Positions 50,659 through 63,589 of a DNA stretch of 64,000 nucleotides are shown one piece after another. This DNA comes from Octopus sinensis (lineage: Eukaryota), in NCBI RefSeq assembly GCF_006345805.1, contig NC_043006.1, positions 48,732,001 to 48,796,000 on the forward strand, in the 5' to 3' direction. The translations under genes and the position numbers were made by a program. Positions within the stretch are counted from its first letter, which is position 1; each line of letters starts with the position of its first letter. Under the pieces are notes generated by a model. That model worked only from the letters and a program-made list of their open reading frames with translations. It ran no database searches and was not told where the DNA came from.

Positions 50659-51362
50659 TAGTCCCATTATGTGGCACCTTGGGCAAGTGCCTTCTATTGT
50701 TGCCCCCTGGATAACCAAAGCCTTGGGAGTGAATTTGATTGATGGAAATTGAAAGAAGCTTGTTGTGTGTGTTACTTTCTCCTTGTTTTGACATCATATG
50801 AAGGTTGTAAGTGAATGTTACCATCATGCAAGCAGTGTCCTTCCCTTCCAATCCTCTGTGAAAACATGTCTGTTCGTGGGGAAATATTACCTTACTTAGA
50901 AACAGGTGTGGATTGATGATACAAAGGGCATCCAGTCATAGAAAATATGCTTCAACTATTGGGAAAATGAATGGTAACATTATGATAATGATGTAAAAAC
51001 ATTCTTCCCAGGATAAAAATCCTTCCTGAGTCAAGTAGATTCATAGGGCCAGTTCTGTGGAGGATATATATATTTTGCCCCTGGATGGGTAGCCAGACTG
51101 TTGCGAGATTGCTTATTTTTACCAGCTGAGTGAACTGGAGCAGCATGTAATGAAGTGTTTTGCTCAAATATACATTGCATTGCCCAGTCCAGGAATCGAA
51201 ACCACAATCTAACTATCATGAGTCCAACACCCTAACCATTAAGCCATATGCCTCCACACAATGATGTACCCTGGTAGTAAATGATATTTATTTCTCACCC
51301 TTTTTCTCCCCTATGCGGTCATGATATGTAAGTGTTTCATTTAATTTTTGTTCCTTTTGCAG

Positions 51363-51473
51363 GAGACCCGAGTTATCTATCACCAGCTCCTGATGAAAGG
51401 TATCCTCGTAGCATCATCCGTCCAAAACCTATTATGATTTCTGTGGACCCAACACAACCAATGTCTCGAGATC
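51363..51473 (+). CDS. NEO1: Neogenin/DCC cytoplasmic exon (GDPSYLSPAPDERYPRSIIRPKPIMISVDPTQPMSRD)
   Basis: Acceptor ttccttttgcag, donor C|gtaagt; RPKPIM..D resembles the post-P1 RPK motif of the family; phase 1-1; not in the ORF track. Confidence 0.88.
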
Positions 51474-51893
51474 GTAAGTGAAATTTTGCTTTTCCTTTAT
51501 TAATTGATTCGTAGTATAGAATATCCATCAGAATCAATATTAAATGGTATGCAATTATAGATGATTCCTAAATATAAAAATCAAGATGACTGATTCAGTC
51601 ATGTACTGAACTACAATACAACTGGTTGGTTGTTCAACTGGTTATTTGTTGACATTGTACTCTGTTCATCCAGTTCTCTTAATGGTAAACAGATTTCAGA
51701 GTGGGCACAGTTTATGTCTGTGAGGGGAGCCTCTATTTTGCAGTGATGCAACCTGCTCAAAACAGCAGCCATATTTTCCTCTGATCATATAGTGCCATGA
51801 TGCAAAATGAACATTTAAAATTCTGCATTCCTAGATTACCCTTCCAAAAACAGGATGGTTACAGCTGGAATACCTTTGATCATAAGTCTACTT

Positions 51894-52190
51894 GTGGAGG
51901 CACATGGCTTAGTGGTTAGAGCAGCGGACTCGCGGTCGAGGGATCACGGGTTTGAATCTCAGACCGGGCGATGTGCGTTTTTATGAGCGAAACACCTAAG
52001 CTCCACGCGGCTCCGGCAGAAGGTAATGGCAAACTTCTGCTGACTCTTTCACCACAACTGTGTGTTAAGTAGCTTGCTTACCAACCACATGGTTCAGGGT
52101 TCAGTCCCATTGTGTAGCACTCTAGGCAAGTGTCTTCTACTATAGCTTCAGGCCAACCAAAGCCTTGTGAGTGGATTTGGTAGACAGAAA
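51894..52190 (+). mobile_element. Family A SINE 5' half fused to a family B SINE 5' half
   Basis: GTGGAGGCACATGGC head to about 52058, then TGTGTGTTAAGTAGCTTGCTTACCAACCAC family B head. Confidence 0.7.
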
Positions 52191-52817
52191 CTTGCTGAAT
52201 ATAAAATAATTTAACCCTTTTGCTATTATATTCCTGTTAGAATAACTATGTCATTATTAAACTGGGGTTTGGAACAGAATTTATCATGAAATTTTGATGG
52301 AAGATTAAGTTAGATCACTTTTACAGGAATTTTGTATTACGGAACCATGGTCTACGGTGTTAGACTCATGATCATAAGACTGTGGTTTCAGTTCCTGGAC
52401 CAGGAAACCCTTCATTTCACAATGCCCTAGTCCACTCAGCTGGCAAAAATGAAAGTGAAGTTGTAACTGACCTGGCAAGCTGGTGATGGATTGCCTAAAA
52501 AAGCAAACAAACAGAAGAGAACTTCTGGGCTGAGGGGACCATAGGCCTACCCTGGTGTTGGGTATTATCAAGAACTATGTGTAGTCCTGGGTGATTTGAT
52601 ATCAAAAGGGTTCTAAAAATTCTTTTTCAGAAATAAATTAATAACAATTCCTTTATTCAAATGCAATGAAAATGTATGATGTTCAGGTTTCATTTCCTTG
52701 AATTTCTTAAGAAATATTGTTTATATTATTTTGTCATGTTTTGATTTTATTTGTTCAATTTTTAATTAAATTTTCTTATTTTTATTTTGGCCGTTGCCTT
52801 TCATTATTCCATTGCAG

Positions 52818-52850
52818 TAGAAAATTTAGATGCACTTGTTAAAGCTATTT
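52818..52850 (+). CDS. NEO1: Candidate 33-nt (30-nt via NAGNAG) cytoplasmic micro-exon encoding LENLDALVKAI
   Basis: Long pyrimidine tract, CAGTAG tandem acceptor, only the required phase-1 frame open, length a multiple of 3; donor T|GTATAA is weak. Confidence 0.45.
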
Positions 52851-52981
52851 GTATAATAAAATAAAAAAAAAATTAACACTCCTGCACTTTTGTCAAAAAA
52901 AATTTGCTTACATGTCAAACCTTGCTGCAGCACTTTGCACACCTTTTCCTTTATCCCCACCATCTATTCTTTCCTCTGTAG

Positions 52982-53146
52982 CGCCAGTCTCCACGGTGAC
53001 TGCCGTCCCCAATGGGCATTATCCCGGCGCTGAAAGTCCTCAATCACAGGTGGCTGTACGTCCTGTCTACCCCAGAACACAGTACAACACACAATATTCT
53101 ACTCCACCCAGAGTTCATGCAGGAGATGTGTCTCAGACCACTTCCA
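52982..53146 (+). CDS. NEO1: Neogenin/DCC cytoplasmic exon (PPVSTVTAVPNGHYPGAESPQSQVAVRPVYPRTQYNTQYSTPPRVHAGDVSQTTS)
   Basis: Acceptor ttcctctgtag; in frame with the 51363 exon; donor either A|gtgcgt (53147) or GC|gtaact (53151), so the 3' end is uncertain. Confidence 0.85.
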
Positions 53147-55072
53147 GTGCGTAACTATCTTCTTAAATTCTAACAAGAAAAAAAAATAACGATAATAATA
53201 ATAATAATATTTTTCCCTTCTATACACAAGTCAAAAAAAAAAAAGCACAAATTTGTTTCTTTTGATTTATATTTGAATCCAAATTTCATTTGATTTAAGA
53301 ATGATGAAGTTGCTCAGTCTTTTGTCGATTCAGCATGTGCCATGTATGTGTATGTGTTTATGATCATGTGTGTGTCTGTGAGAGTGTTTGCAGTAGAGAG
53401 GAAAAAAGAGTGGGGGTAGTGGGAGTGGCCTAGATGTAATTACTGTATACATTTCCTAATTAATTTAACCTTCTAGCTTATCTAGCAATACATGTGTGTA
53501 CCTGCGTGTGTGTGGTGTGTGTGTGAACATATTAAGTGTATCTTAGATATTATAAAAATTTGAATAATCTACCATAAATACACAAGATTTAAACCTTTTG
53601 AGTAGTTAGGTGTATGTGTATGCATATAATGTATGTGTGTAAATGAGTTTAGCATATTTTCATTATTACAATTAGATAATCTGTTACATGTATGTATGTA
53701 TGTGTGTGTGTGTGTATGTATATACATTACATTGAATCCCATTATTAGTATGAATGTAAGTGAGGAGTGACTGAAACTAATATAATTTCACATTTTCTTT
53801 CCTTGTAAATATTAACACGCTTGGTTTGTTTGAACTTTTCTTTTATTTCAAATTGTAATATTTGATAAAACAAACAGGAATTCTTCAGAATTATATTATT
53901 ATTATTATTATTATTTACGACTGGCACTTTTTTTAATTTTCTATTTGAGATATATATATATATATATAATTGAAAGGATAAGTAAAATTCAGATGGTTAT
54001 CTCAGCAGCATTTCGTGCAAGAACCTGGTTAGCCTTAATTTGTCTTCTTTTTTCTCAATTAGAATTAAAATTATTATTATTATTGTTATTATTATTATAT
54101 GTATGTATATGTATATATATATATATAATAATAATAATAATGATAATAATTTTTATTTTAATTATATATATATGTAAATAATATCAAAGGCTGCATTTAA
54201 GAAAACTTTGATGAAAACTCAGGTAAAAAAAAATTGTAATTACATTTATTTTGAAAGCGTAATGCAAAATGAACTTTTGGGGATTTAAAAACATTAAGAT
54301 AAACATCGTACTATGTAATCAATAAAAACAGCATTTTGTTTTTATGCAAAATTCAGGCATTACGCATGGCCTTTAAGACTGCAGGTTCCCCTCACACACA
54401 CAAACACCCGATCTAAAGCAATAGGATCAAATGCATAAATAAGGCTGGTGTTATCAGTAGCATCAGAGTCTGATGACCAGCTTGTGGCACTCTCCTTGCA
54501 ATGGTGAGGTAAGAGCCACACAAGACTCCTTATGATGGTATTGTAACATCTTCATCACCAATACCTTTGCTCGTCCCATTACTAAGGTGATATAAATATC
54601 CTCACCAGCTTCTCTTTGCAATGGAACCAAGTTATTTGCTTACTCCGAACAGGGAATCTCCTTTGTGATTGCTCTACATGCTTGGAATGGCAGTTAAATG
54701 TCCTTCAGATTACACCCTATCTTATTAAAACGTAGGAAGGACATTTAATGATGAAGTTGAAATATGGTCATTAGTTGCCCTTAAAAGGATAAGATGGTGA
54801 CAGATGGAATGCCTTTGATTATAAGTTTGCTCAACCATGGCCAACCTAGGGCTAAACAACAGCTATTACTTCAAACTCCCTTTGCTGTGGTGATGGATTG
54901 CTCATTCAAGACTTTCTTTGTTGTGTGGTAAGTGATATCCACGCCACACTCTCCTTGCCATGGTGTAGCACTACTTCCTATGCCCTTACATTGGTGTAGT
55001 GTTGCTGCAGTTTCCAGACTATTCTTGTAACGGGAGCCCAAACCAGATACTATTCATCAAAATAATACTTTT

Positions 55073-55290
55073 ACTTGTTTCAGTCATTTGACTGCGGCCA
55101 TGCTGGAGCACCGCCTTTAGTTGAGCAAATCGACCCCAGGGCTTTTTCTTTGTAAGCCTAGTACTTATTCTATCGGTCTCTTTTGCTGAACCGCTAGGTT
55201 ACGGGAATGTAAACACACCAGCATCGGTTGTCAAGCGATGTTGGGAGGACAAACACAGATACACAAACTTATACACACACATACATATAT

Positions 55291-55360
<70 letters not shown>

Positions 55361-55520
55361 TACAACGGACTTCTTTCAGTTTCCGTCTACCAAATCCACT
55401 CACAAGACTTTGGTCAGCCTGAGGCTATAGTCGAAGACACTTGCCCAAGGTGCCTTGCAGTGGGACTGAACCTGGAACCATGTGGTTGGTAAGCAAGCTA
55501 CTTACCACACAGCCACTCCT
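55073..55520 (-). mobile_element. CORE-like SINE (family B) with expanded internal (TA)n
   Basis: Full-length reverse copy. Confidence 0.85.
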
Positions 55521-55883
55521 TGGCCTATATCAAAATAATACTTTTACATTATTCTCTTCATTCTGGTGCTGTCTTACCTATTTCTAAACTATAAACCATT
55601 TTGTTTTAGGCAATTAAATTCAACTATGGCTTTTGTCCTTTTGCCAGGATGAAGTCCAACAAATTCATTTATTAGTGTCTCTAATTTTTAGTCACCAACA
55701 AAACTATTTTCATTTGTACTATTTGCCAAATAAGGTGTATAATTGAAAATTCCTATTTGTTTAAATATTTGAAAATCGTATATATGATGTGTGTGTGTGT
55801 GTTTAAAATCAGATGTGCTTGGGCATGTTTGTGTGTGTGAGTGTGTGTGTGCGTGTGCATGTGTGTGTGAGTGTATGTGTGTT

Positions 55884-55934
<51 letters not shown>

Positions 55935-56271
55935 GCACACACACTTGCACATACAAGTGTGTATTCATGTATGTATTATTGAAACATTTTTTTTTTTTTT
56001 TGCTTTGAATCCTGCTCCCCCTCTCCATAAAAACTAACAATTCATCTTTAAAACAAAAGTTGAGTTTTCACCTACATGCATGCATACATATGTACATACA
56101 TACATATATATATACACACATATATATACTTACACAGATTTTTGGTTCTATTATTTGGTTCTGAATGCCACAATCAGAACTAAAATTCTTCAACACTAAG
56201 TTCTGTTTGTTTTGAAACCAATTAAAATGGTTAACAGACTACTTTAATTATAGCATTAACCTTATTTGTTA

Positions 56272-56321
<50 letters not shown>

Positions 56322-56326
56322 GATAT

Positions 56327-56359
<33 letters not shown>

Positions 56360-57981
56360 GTCCAATTTGTTATTCGTTATTCACATGATGTAGGTTAATC
56401 AGTTTTGATCTAATAATTAATTATTCATAGTTATATTCATTGGATAACGTCCGTTACTGGATTTATAACATTCAACTAGATTTAATAATGTTTAGTATTA
56501 GTTAATGTAACTCTGATGTGGTAGTATGTTACATAATGTACCATATTATATCTAAGAATGATATAAAATAAATTGCTATATTATTAGTATTATATTTTTT
56601 AATTCTGCATTATAATATTATACACTACTAGATTAAGTAGCTTTATATCAATGCAGTGCATCAGAAAAAAATTATATTAGATCATATGTGTGTATTTATG
56701 CATATATGTTATTAATTAACTAACTAATATTTAGTTTTTCATTGAAAAATTTATGACATCATAACTAACATATATTAATTGATATATAAAGACATTCAGA
56801 AAAATAAGACCTTCATTATTTCTCAGTCATGTAGGGATTTACTAATATTAACAATTAGACTTTTGTGTAAGCATTTTTTTTAATATGTTAACTGATACAG
56901 AAGAAATCATGATTACTTGGTTAAAAGTCTTTTACTTATATAATTCTTCATTTCTATTACAAAGGTGTTATCTTTAAATGTGAGCAAGTACCACAGAAAA
57001 TATAAACTTTGATACTAAATATCTCGCAACATTGATTCCAGCTGAATTTAATCCTAATTGCTTTAGATTATTAAATAGAACAATAGAAAGGTTTACAAAG
57101 CTCTGTGGCTCTTTGCTTTGTTTACATTTTATTGTACAGCTTAATATTTAATAAACATGAAACGAAGGTCATCACCAACCTTTCTGCTTGATTAAGTTTG
57201 TTGCTATTGACTAAAATGTAGTCACTGTATCATAACTTGCTTCAAAAACTCACTGATTCTCACACACTCTGTCTGTCCGTCTCTCTCTCTCTCTCTCTTC
57301 AATCATACCTTGTTCATTGCTAACCTTTCACATCTTACAGCTGTTTCATAGCACATTTTTTTTACTACATTAACACCAACATTAACTCCTGTTCATTCAT
57401 CATTGTTTTTCGCATTCATACTTTAAAGTTGTCTGTTATATTTAGTTTCTCTTTATGTTCATTCATATTGTCTTTAAAAATTAACCATGTCTCACTATGT
57501 TTTTTTATTATTTTTTTTCTTTTCTAATTTCTTCATAATCATTCATGAAAATCTTCTTTCCAAACTATTTGCTTTCTTTAAATGCCATTGCCATTTTTTA
57601 TTCATGAATTTATTTAATTTTATTTTTCTCCCTTATTTTTGATTTTCCTGTTTATGCTTATATTTCATACCAGATAATTTGCATAAGAAACTTTACATTC
57701 TTCTCTACTCTTATAATTTATTTCTTATCTAGAGCTTAAAAAGATTATTAAATAATGTATAGTAGTCTATAGTTTTAGAGTTACTTCTTGTTTCAGCTTT
57801 TTTTTTTTCTATTCTTTATTCCACTTTCTTTTTCTCTCTGTACAAAATAGACCAGCTCCACATATTCTCAATTTAATTCTGTTTCATTCATAATAAAATG
57901 AAGATTGAAAAATTCAACATTTTGAACAGTTTGTTTTGGGAGAAAAAACAATATACATATACCAATTAATAGCAGGATTAT

Positions 57982-58207
57982 TTACCCTTTCGTTACTGTA
58001 TTTATTTTGAGATGCTCTGTGCTTCTTACAATTACTTTAAATATAACAAAGAATTCAGTAAAATAACATAGTTATCATTTGCTAGTGTTAAGAACATAAA
58101 TTGCGACTAAGGTTTGGTGGAAGTTTTTAGTTCAAAACTTTTGATAACAAGATATTTATACTCAGAGCCAGAGCCAGTTTCAGCCAGGTTGGTAATGAAA
58201 GGGTTAA
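57982..58207. mobile_element. MITE family F
   Basis: TTACCCTTTCGTTAC...GTAATGAAAGGGTTAA termini. Confidence 0.8.
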
Positions 58208-60068
58208 GGTATTAAGAACATAAAGATAAATTTGCTGGCAAAGACCAAAGACTGCTACCATTTTTTTTTTTTTTCAAATTTTTTCTTAGTTTTGAAAGTT
58301 TTTTTTTTTTTGTTCCTTTATCATCTAAGAATACCTCTCTTCTCATTGACTGTCTTTGGGGGTGTTATATCTCACATTAAAGAATTTGAATCCAAAAAAT
58401 GAACCCTTGGGGGAGGGGCATTATCTTTTATTGTTTCTTATCACTTAAATATAGAAGCTATACTGTTGGGGCAGGCATACACCTACCCAAGGTAGCTCAG
58501 AAAGATGGATGTTTACATCATGATGATGACGATGATATTGACTACTTTATTTAGTACATTCAACAAGCATTCATGCATATATTATAGATAGGTAGATATA
58601 GATAAACTCACTCTTACAATTGAAGAAATCTGCAATTAAAGTTGAAATGATTGCTAAAAACATGAGTAGGTATATTTTAATGCTTTCTTTATAACTTGGC
58701 CAGTGTGTTTCAACTTTTGCCTCTTCAGAGAACTTTGCTAAAGAGACAGTAGTAGAAACACATTTAGGCAATTTGTAAGGAAATGATGAATCTTATATTG
58801 ATGTAGATACTTAGTGCTTTTTTTTCCTTTGTAAGATAATTGTTACCTCTCTCTCACACACTGTTGTATTGACATTCTAGCGGGAATAGTTTTGTTTTGT
58901 ATTTTTTTAAAAGGCTCAAAAGAGAATTAACAGAGGGTATTTCTAGGAATATAGCACAGGTTAGTTCAAAGACTCTGGTACTAAGGTTGCTTTGATTAAC
59001 CTATTCTCTTCAAAAATTTGTGGCCTTGTGCCTATGTGAGAAATTAAAATTATTATGATTATTATGATATTGTGAATTGTCAGGTCTTTGGTATATATAA
59101 TATTGTTTCTTGTGTTAACACTTCCACAGGCCTGCAAGTAAGAGCTGTTCCTCAACAAAACACTCGAGGTGAGAGACTTGTAATGTAAATTAAATTTTAA
59201 AGAAAAAAATATATTTAAACCCGTCTGATTCTATAATCTTGCTTAGAAATTGCTTTAATGTTTAGTGTTTACTAAATTAGTTTTCAACATTTTAGGTTAC
59301 TAACACCAAATAAGGCCATATACATTTGTCACCCCGTTTATTTGTTCTGAGCATTAAGCTTATAAACCTTTCCATATCATGGAAGCAATTTCAATTCTTT
59401 AAAATTTCTTCATTATATTTAATATGTTAGTGCTCATCCTTACCAAACATTTTCTTATCATTTCTAGCATACATGTATTGCCTCCTCTACAGGAAAAGGA
59501 ACTGTTCCTTCCCTTACTTTCATACTTTAACCTCTCAACAAGTAACTTAAAACTACCTCCTTCTTGACTGAAGTCCCACTCAACAGAACGGTGTCTTAAC
59601 CTTGCAAGTTACATGGCAACCTCACTAGTGTTGGTGCCACAAATTAAACACTCAGTACATTCTGTAAAGTGGTTTTAGAAACAGGATGCACTCCTCCAAT
59701 TCACTGGATCCTGTCAAGAGTCTAACCCATGCTAGTGTGGAAGACAAATGTTAACTGATGCTGATGACTCATTAGTTCTGGTTTTAATCAACATTTATTT
59801 TTTGAATAGAGTATTAATTTTTGTTCCAACAAGAATTTTCTTGGGGTTGGGTTGGGCTGGTGTTTGAAACCTCTGGTGATGTATTGAATAATTGAAATCT
59901 GCAGTTTTGCAAGTAACAATTGCAAATAATCCTTCAATTTAAGATCTATTTATCGTTAGGCATGCCACAGAACTCCAGGTTTAATTTCACTATGAAATTT
60001 GTAGCTTTGTGTTTGCCAGTTCTTTAAGTGCAATAATTTGGTAGCTGGAAACAGCAGAAGCCCATTGG

Positions 60069-60104
<36 letters not shown>

Positions 60105-60418
60105 CGATCAGAGGTTAAAATAGCCTCATTAAGGGATAGTAATATCCAGTGAATTACTGGTTCATTACCTAGTTTTTTTTTATGAATAATAATATTCATA
60201 AAATAATAGGTCTAAATCTCGGTTTATAAATATTCAAAAGAAAATTTACAAGATGGAGATGTGGCATTAATATAATTTATTATCTACAAAAATCCAACAT
60301 ATTCTCTTACAGCTGTTAGAGAATATAATAATAATTATAATAATAATAGGGAATATGATTCCAAACTTACAGGGAAAAATTAAATTTAGTAATACTAAAT
60401 CAAATTTCACAATATATA

Positions 60419-60483
<65 letters not shown>

Positions 60484-63014
60484 TTGAAAATGTGTTGGTA
60501 TTGGTATTAGGAAGGATCTCTAGCTGTAGAAATCATGCCAAAGTAGACGTTGGAGCATAATGCAGTCCTTGAACATATCAGATCCTGTCAAACCATCCAA
60601 CCCATGTCAGCATAGTACGTGGACATTAAATGACGATGATGATGATGATGATATATAACTTAGCAGTTCAACAGAGATAAATAAAATAAGCACTAGACTG
60701 AGATACTGCTGTCAACATGACTACAATAAGTAATAGGTTTGTTTTTTATTATTATTATTATTTTGCACATGCACTTATTTACAGTTAGTTATTTTGTGGG
60801 TGGCAGGTTGGGCATAGCTTGTGTCCACCATGTTGTTTAACTCCACCACCATCTACAATTTAATGGGTCGCAAATATTTCAAACCAAACCCCTTCTATAA
60901 TTGCTGTCCATGTTTTTCCTACAGATGTTTAAGGTGGTCAGGTGAACATAGGTTACATCTATTTTTTGAATTTAGAAAGGTTTTTAACTTAGTCATGAGC
61001 ACTGTCCAACTCCCATTCTGATTACTTTATATATGCTAGAAATAGCAGTTAACTCTCCATTTAGTCACACCTTGCTATCTTTAAAGCAGGATAAATGAAC
61101 ACAGTAGATAATGTAGTTTTGCAAATGCTAAAAAAATGAAATGATCAGAAAGAAAATGGAGGGATAGTCATGGTAGGAATATCTTTAATCCTAGTTCCTT
61201 TTGATCAGGGTTGACTTGAGTTATGTACTTTTAGCAGAATTGGTGGAATTGTTTGAGCATCAGACAGGGTGTCTTATGATATGAGTTCCTACTCTTTACT
61301 TCTGAGTTTTAGGCAGGGACACTTCATCTGTTTAACACATCTACCCTGGTCCTTGATGTTCCCTTTGCGGAGTTCACTTTGTTGTAAGAATTCAGAGCAG
61401 CTCTCTAGTTTGAGGGTAACTTCCTTTCCCACCAGTTTCAGAAACTTTGAAAAAGTTAAGGGTTTTAAACACTAGCCATTTCTTTCTTAACTTAGTTTTT
61501 GGGAAATAACTCTAGTATTAGTTGCCTAGCTATCTATGCCACTCTTCGGTAGAGAAAAGGTATAGAAGGTGCTTGGAACTGAGAGTAGGGGCCAACTTGG
61601 AGTGAGATGCAGGAGACACAAGAATTGCATTGCAGCTTCCAATATACAGCCTTACCATTTAAACCTACTGAAAATTATAGCATGTTTGTAATTACAATCC
61701 AATGATAAAACACTCTTACGTTCTTTAGTTAGAACTTTTTGAACCTAGGTACACTTTTCCCATATGAAGTAAAGCTACTTGTTTTATACACATAATACAG
61801 TGCTAATAGACTGGATTACCAATAATTCAGTTCTTGTAATTCTAACAGTCTTCAGGTTATCTCCCCACATATTATGTTACTATCTGCTGCATCTTGAAAG
61901 TATCTTATAATGATAATAATAATAATAATACTTTCTTATTGGTAAGGGCTAGTTAGGTATTGTGTACATATACTAAATCAGCCTTGCATTTTGTATGTCC
62001 TTAGCTTTCTCATAAATGCAGAGCTTATATAGCAGATAATATAACCAATAAGCATTTGCTAACAATGATTGCCTTCAACTAAGTACTAACAGCAAGCTAT
62101 ATTACTAACGCCTTTTACCAACTCTAATTTGCTTCGTTTTAATCTAACCTTTTTTTTTTTTAATCTAATTTCAATAATCATTTTAGAAGAATTATATTTC
62201 TTTCCAACCCTTTGTAAAATATCCTCTAAGATAGGTTGCCATTGTTGTTTAAAAAAAAAAAATCAGATAATCTTCAGCTCAGGGTACATGGCAGGTTGAG
62301 GTGATCTAAATAAAGGCTTTTGTCTTTGAGCTTTTCTCCCAGACTTGATTATAGGTATTAACTATTCTGAGTTGATATTTTTTAACCCTTCATTTCACTG
62401 TACCCACCTTACTTATGTTAATTAACATTGCCAAGATAAAGAAAAAAAAATAGATACATTTTGTGCTCAAGTCTCCAGTACTGCACAATGTTATATATTA
62501 GCCAACATGACATTTTACCTGTTTGCTTCAATTTAATTTTTTTCTTTTTAATTTTATTTTATGGAGATATACACCTGTTTTCTGTAAAATGTCTCAATAT
62601 ACATCTTTCATCCACAAACACCCGCTCCATTTCTTATATTATTGAATGGTTAATTAGTAACTGACTGTTTAGTGAAAGGTATTGAACAATAACACTTAAG
62701 AAGCAGCACTCTGAACTCACTGATGTTCTCATTAACCATCAGCCTCATCAATCCTGTCAGTCTCAGAAAATCGGCACAAGTCACAAGCACTGCCCTTCTC
62801 CTTTAACTGATTTGATACAAATTGCAACTAGCCAATGAGAACTAATTTCACGTTAATCAAGATTTGTTATTGGCTGTTTACAAGAAAAGATAGTTGAGTG
62901 GATAGAATATTGGTTCGGAGAATAAGATCAAATCCACTGCAGGCATTTTATTGTATTTCTAGAGGGAACTCTTTTTTCTATATTGTCTCAGTTCACACAG
63001 CTGTTGTCAACAGG

Positions 63015-63225
63015 TATCAGAGCATCGGGAAATGTTACCTGAACTATCGGACCATCTGAATGTGTTAGCTTAACTCTTAGGTCATTTGGAAAGGCTATGT
63101 CAAATATCAAATCATCTTGATGTGTTTGCTTAACTCTTGGATCATCTGGAAATGTTAAGTGAAGTATCAGATGATCTGGATGTATTATTTTTACCTATCA
63201 GATCATCTGAAAATATTGTCGAGTA
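63015..63225. repeat. Degenerate 30-bp minisatellite, about 7 units
   Basis: Units start 63015, 63045, 63075, 63105, 63135, 63165, 63196; consensus near TATCAGATCATCTGGAAATGTTAxxTxAAC. Confidence 0.85.
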
Positions 63226-63589
63226 TGAGATTGTCTACATGTGTTACCTATAACAGAATCTCTGAATATTGCCTACCCTGTATTGGCATTCTATCCAGGG
63301 AGAAGTTATATTTCTCTTTGATTTCACACTATAAAGCTACAATTAAGCATAAATCCTTTATGACTTAAACTCATTCACATTTGTTTTCTTTTAATATCTA
63401 CATTGTATTCCTTAATTCTGGGTGCTTCATTTAAATTTTAACTTTTCAATAAAGAAAATTACAATCTGCTGCAAGTATCCTATGCTATCCTTTTACATAC
63501 TAAGTTAAGTCTTAGCACAGACATATTTTTTTTACATGTCTTGTGACACTTGTGAAGACCTGTTGAGGCAAGTGAAAATCAAATCAAAA

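Noticed and set aside
51301-51333. Pyrimidine tract followed by AT|GTAAGT just upstream of the 51363 exon
   Set aside because: No AG acceptor before it, and the implied intron would be only 35 nt.
53300-53343. Segment reading NDEVAQSFVDSACA with a GTATGT donor
   Set aside because: That reading needs phase 0, while the upstream donors give phase 1 or 2; weak acceptor; 44 nt.
54466-54494. GAGT-CTGATGA-CCA...TGG-C-ACTC
   Set aside because: No GAAA or cleavage triplet, so not a hammerhead.
57851-57900. Strong pyrimidine tract and AG followed by a short frame and AATAAA (possible alternative last exon)
   Set aside because: All frames stop within 17 codons, no family similarity, and AATAAA is frequent in this AT-rich DNA.
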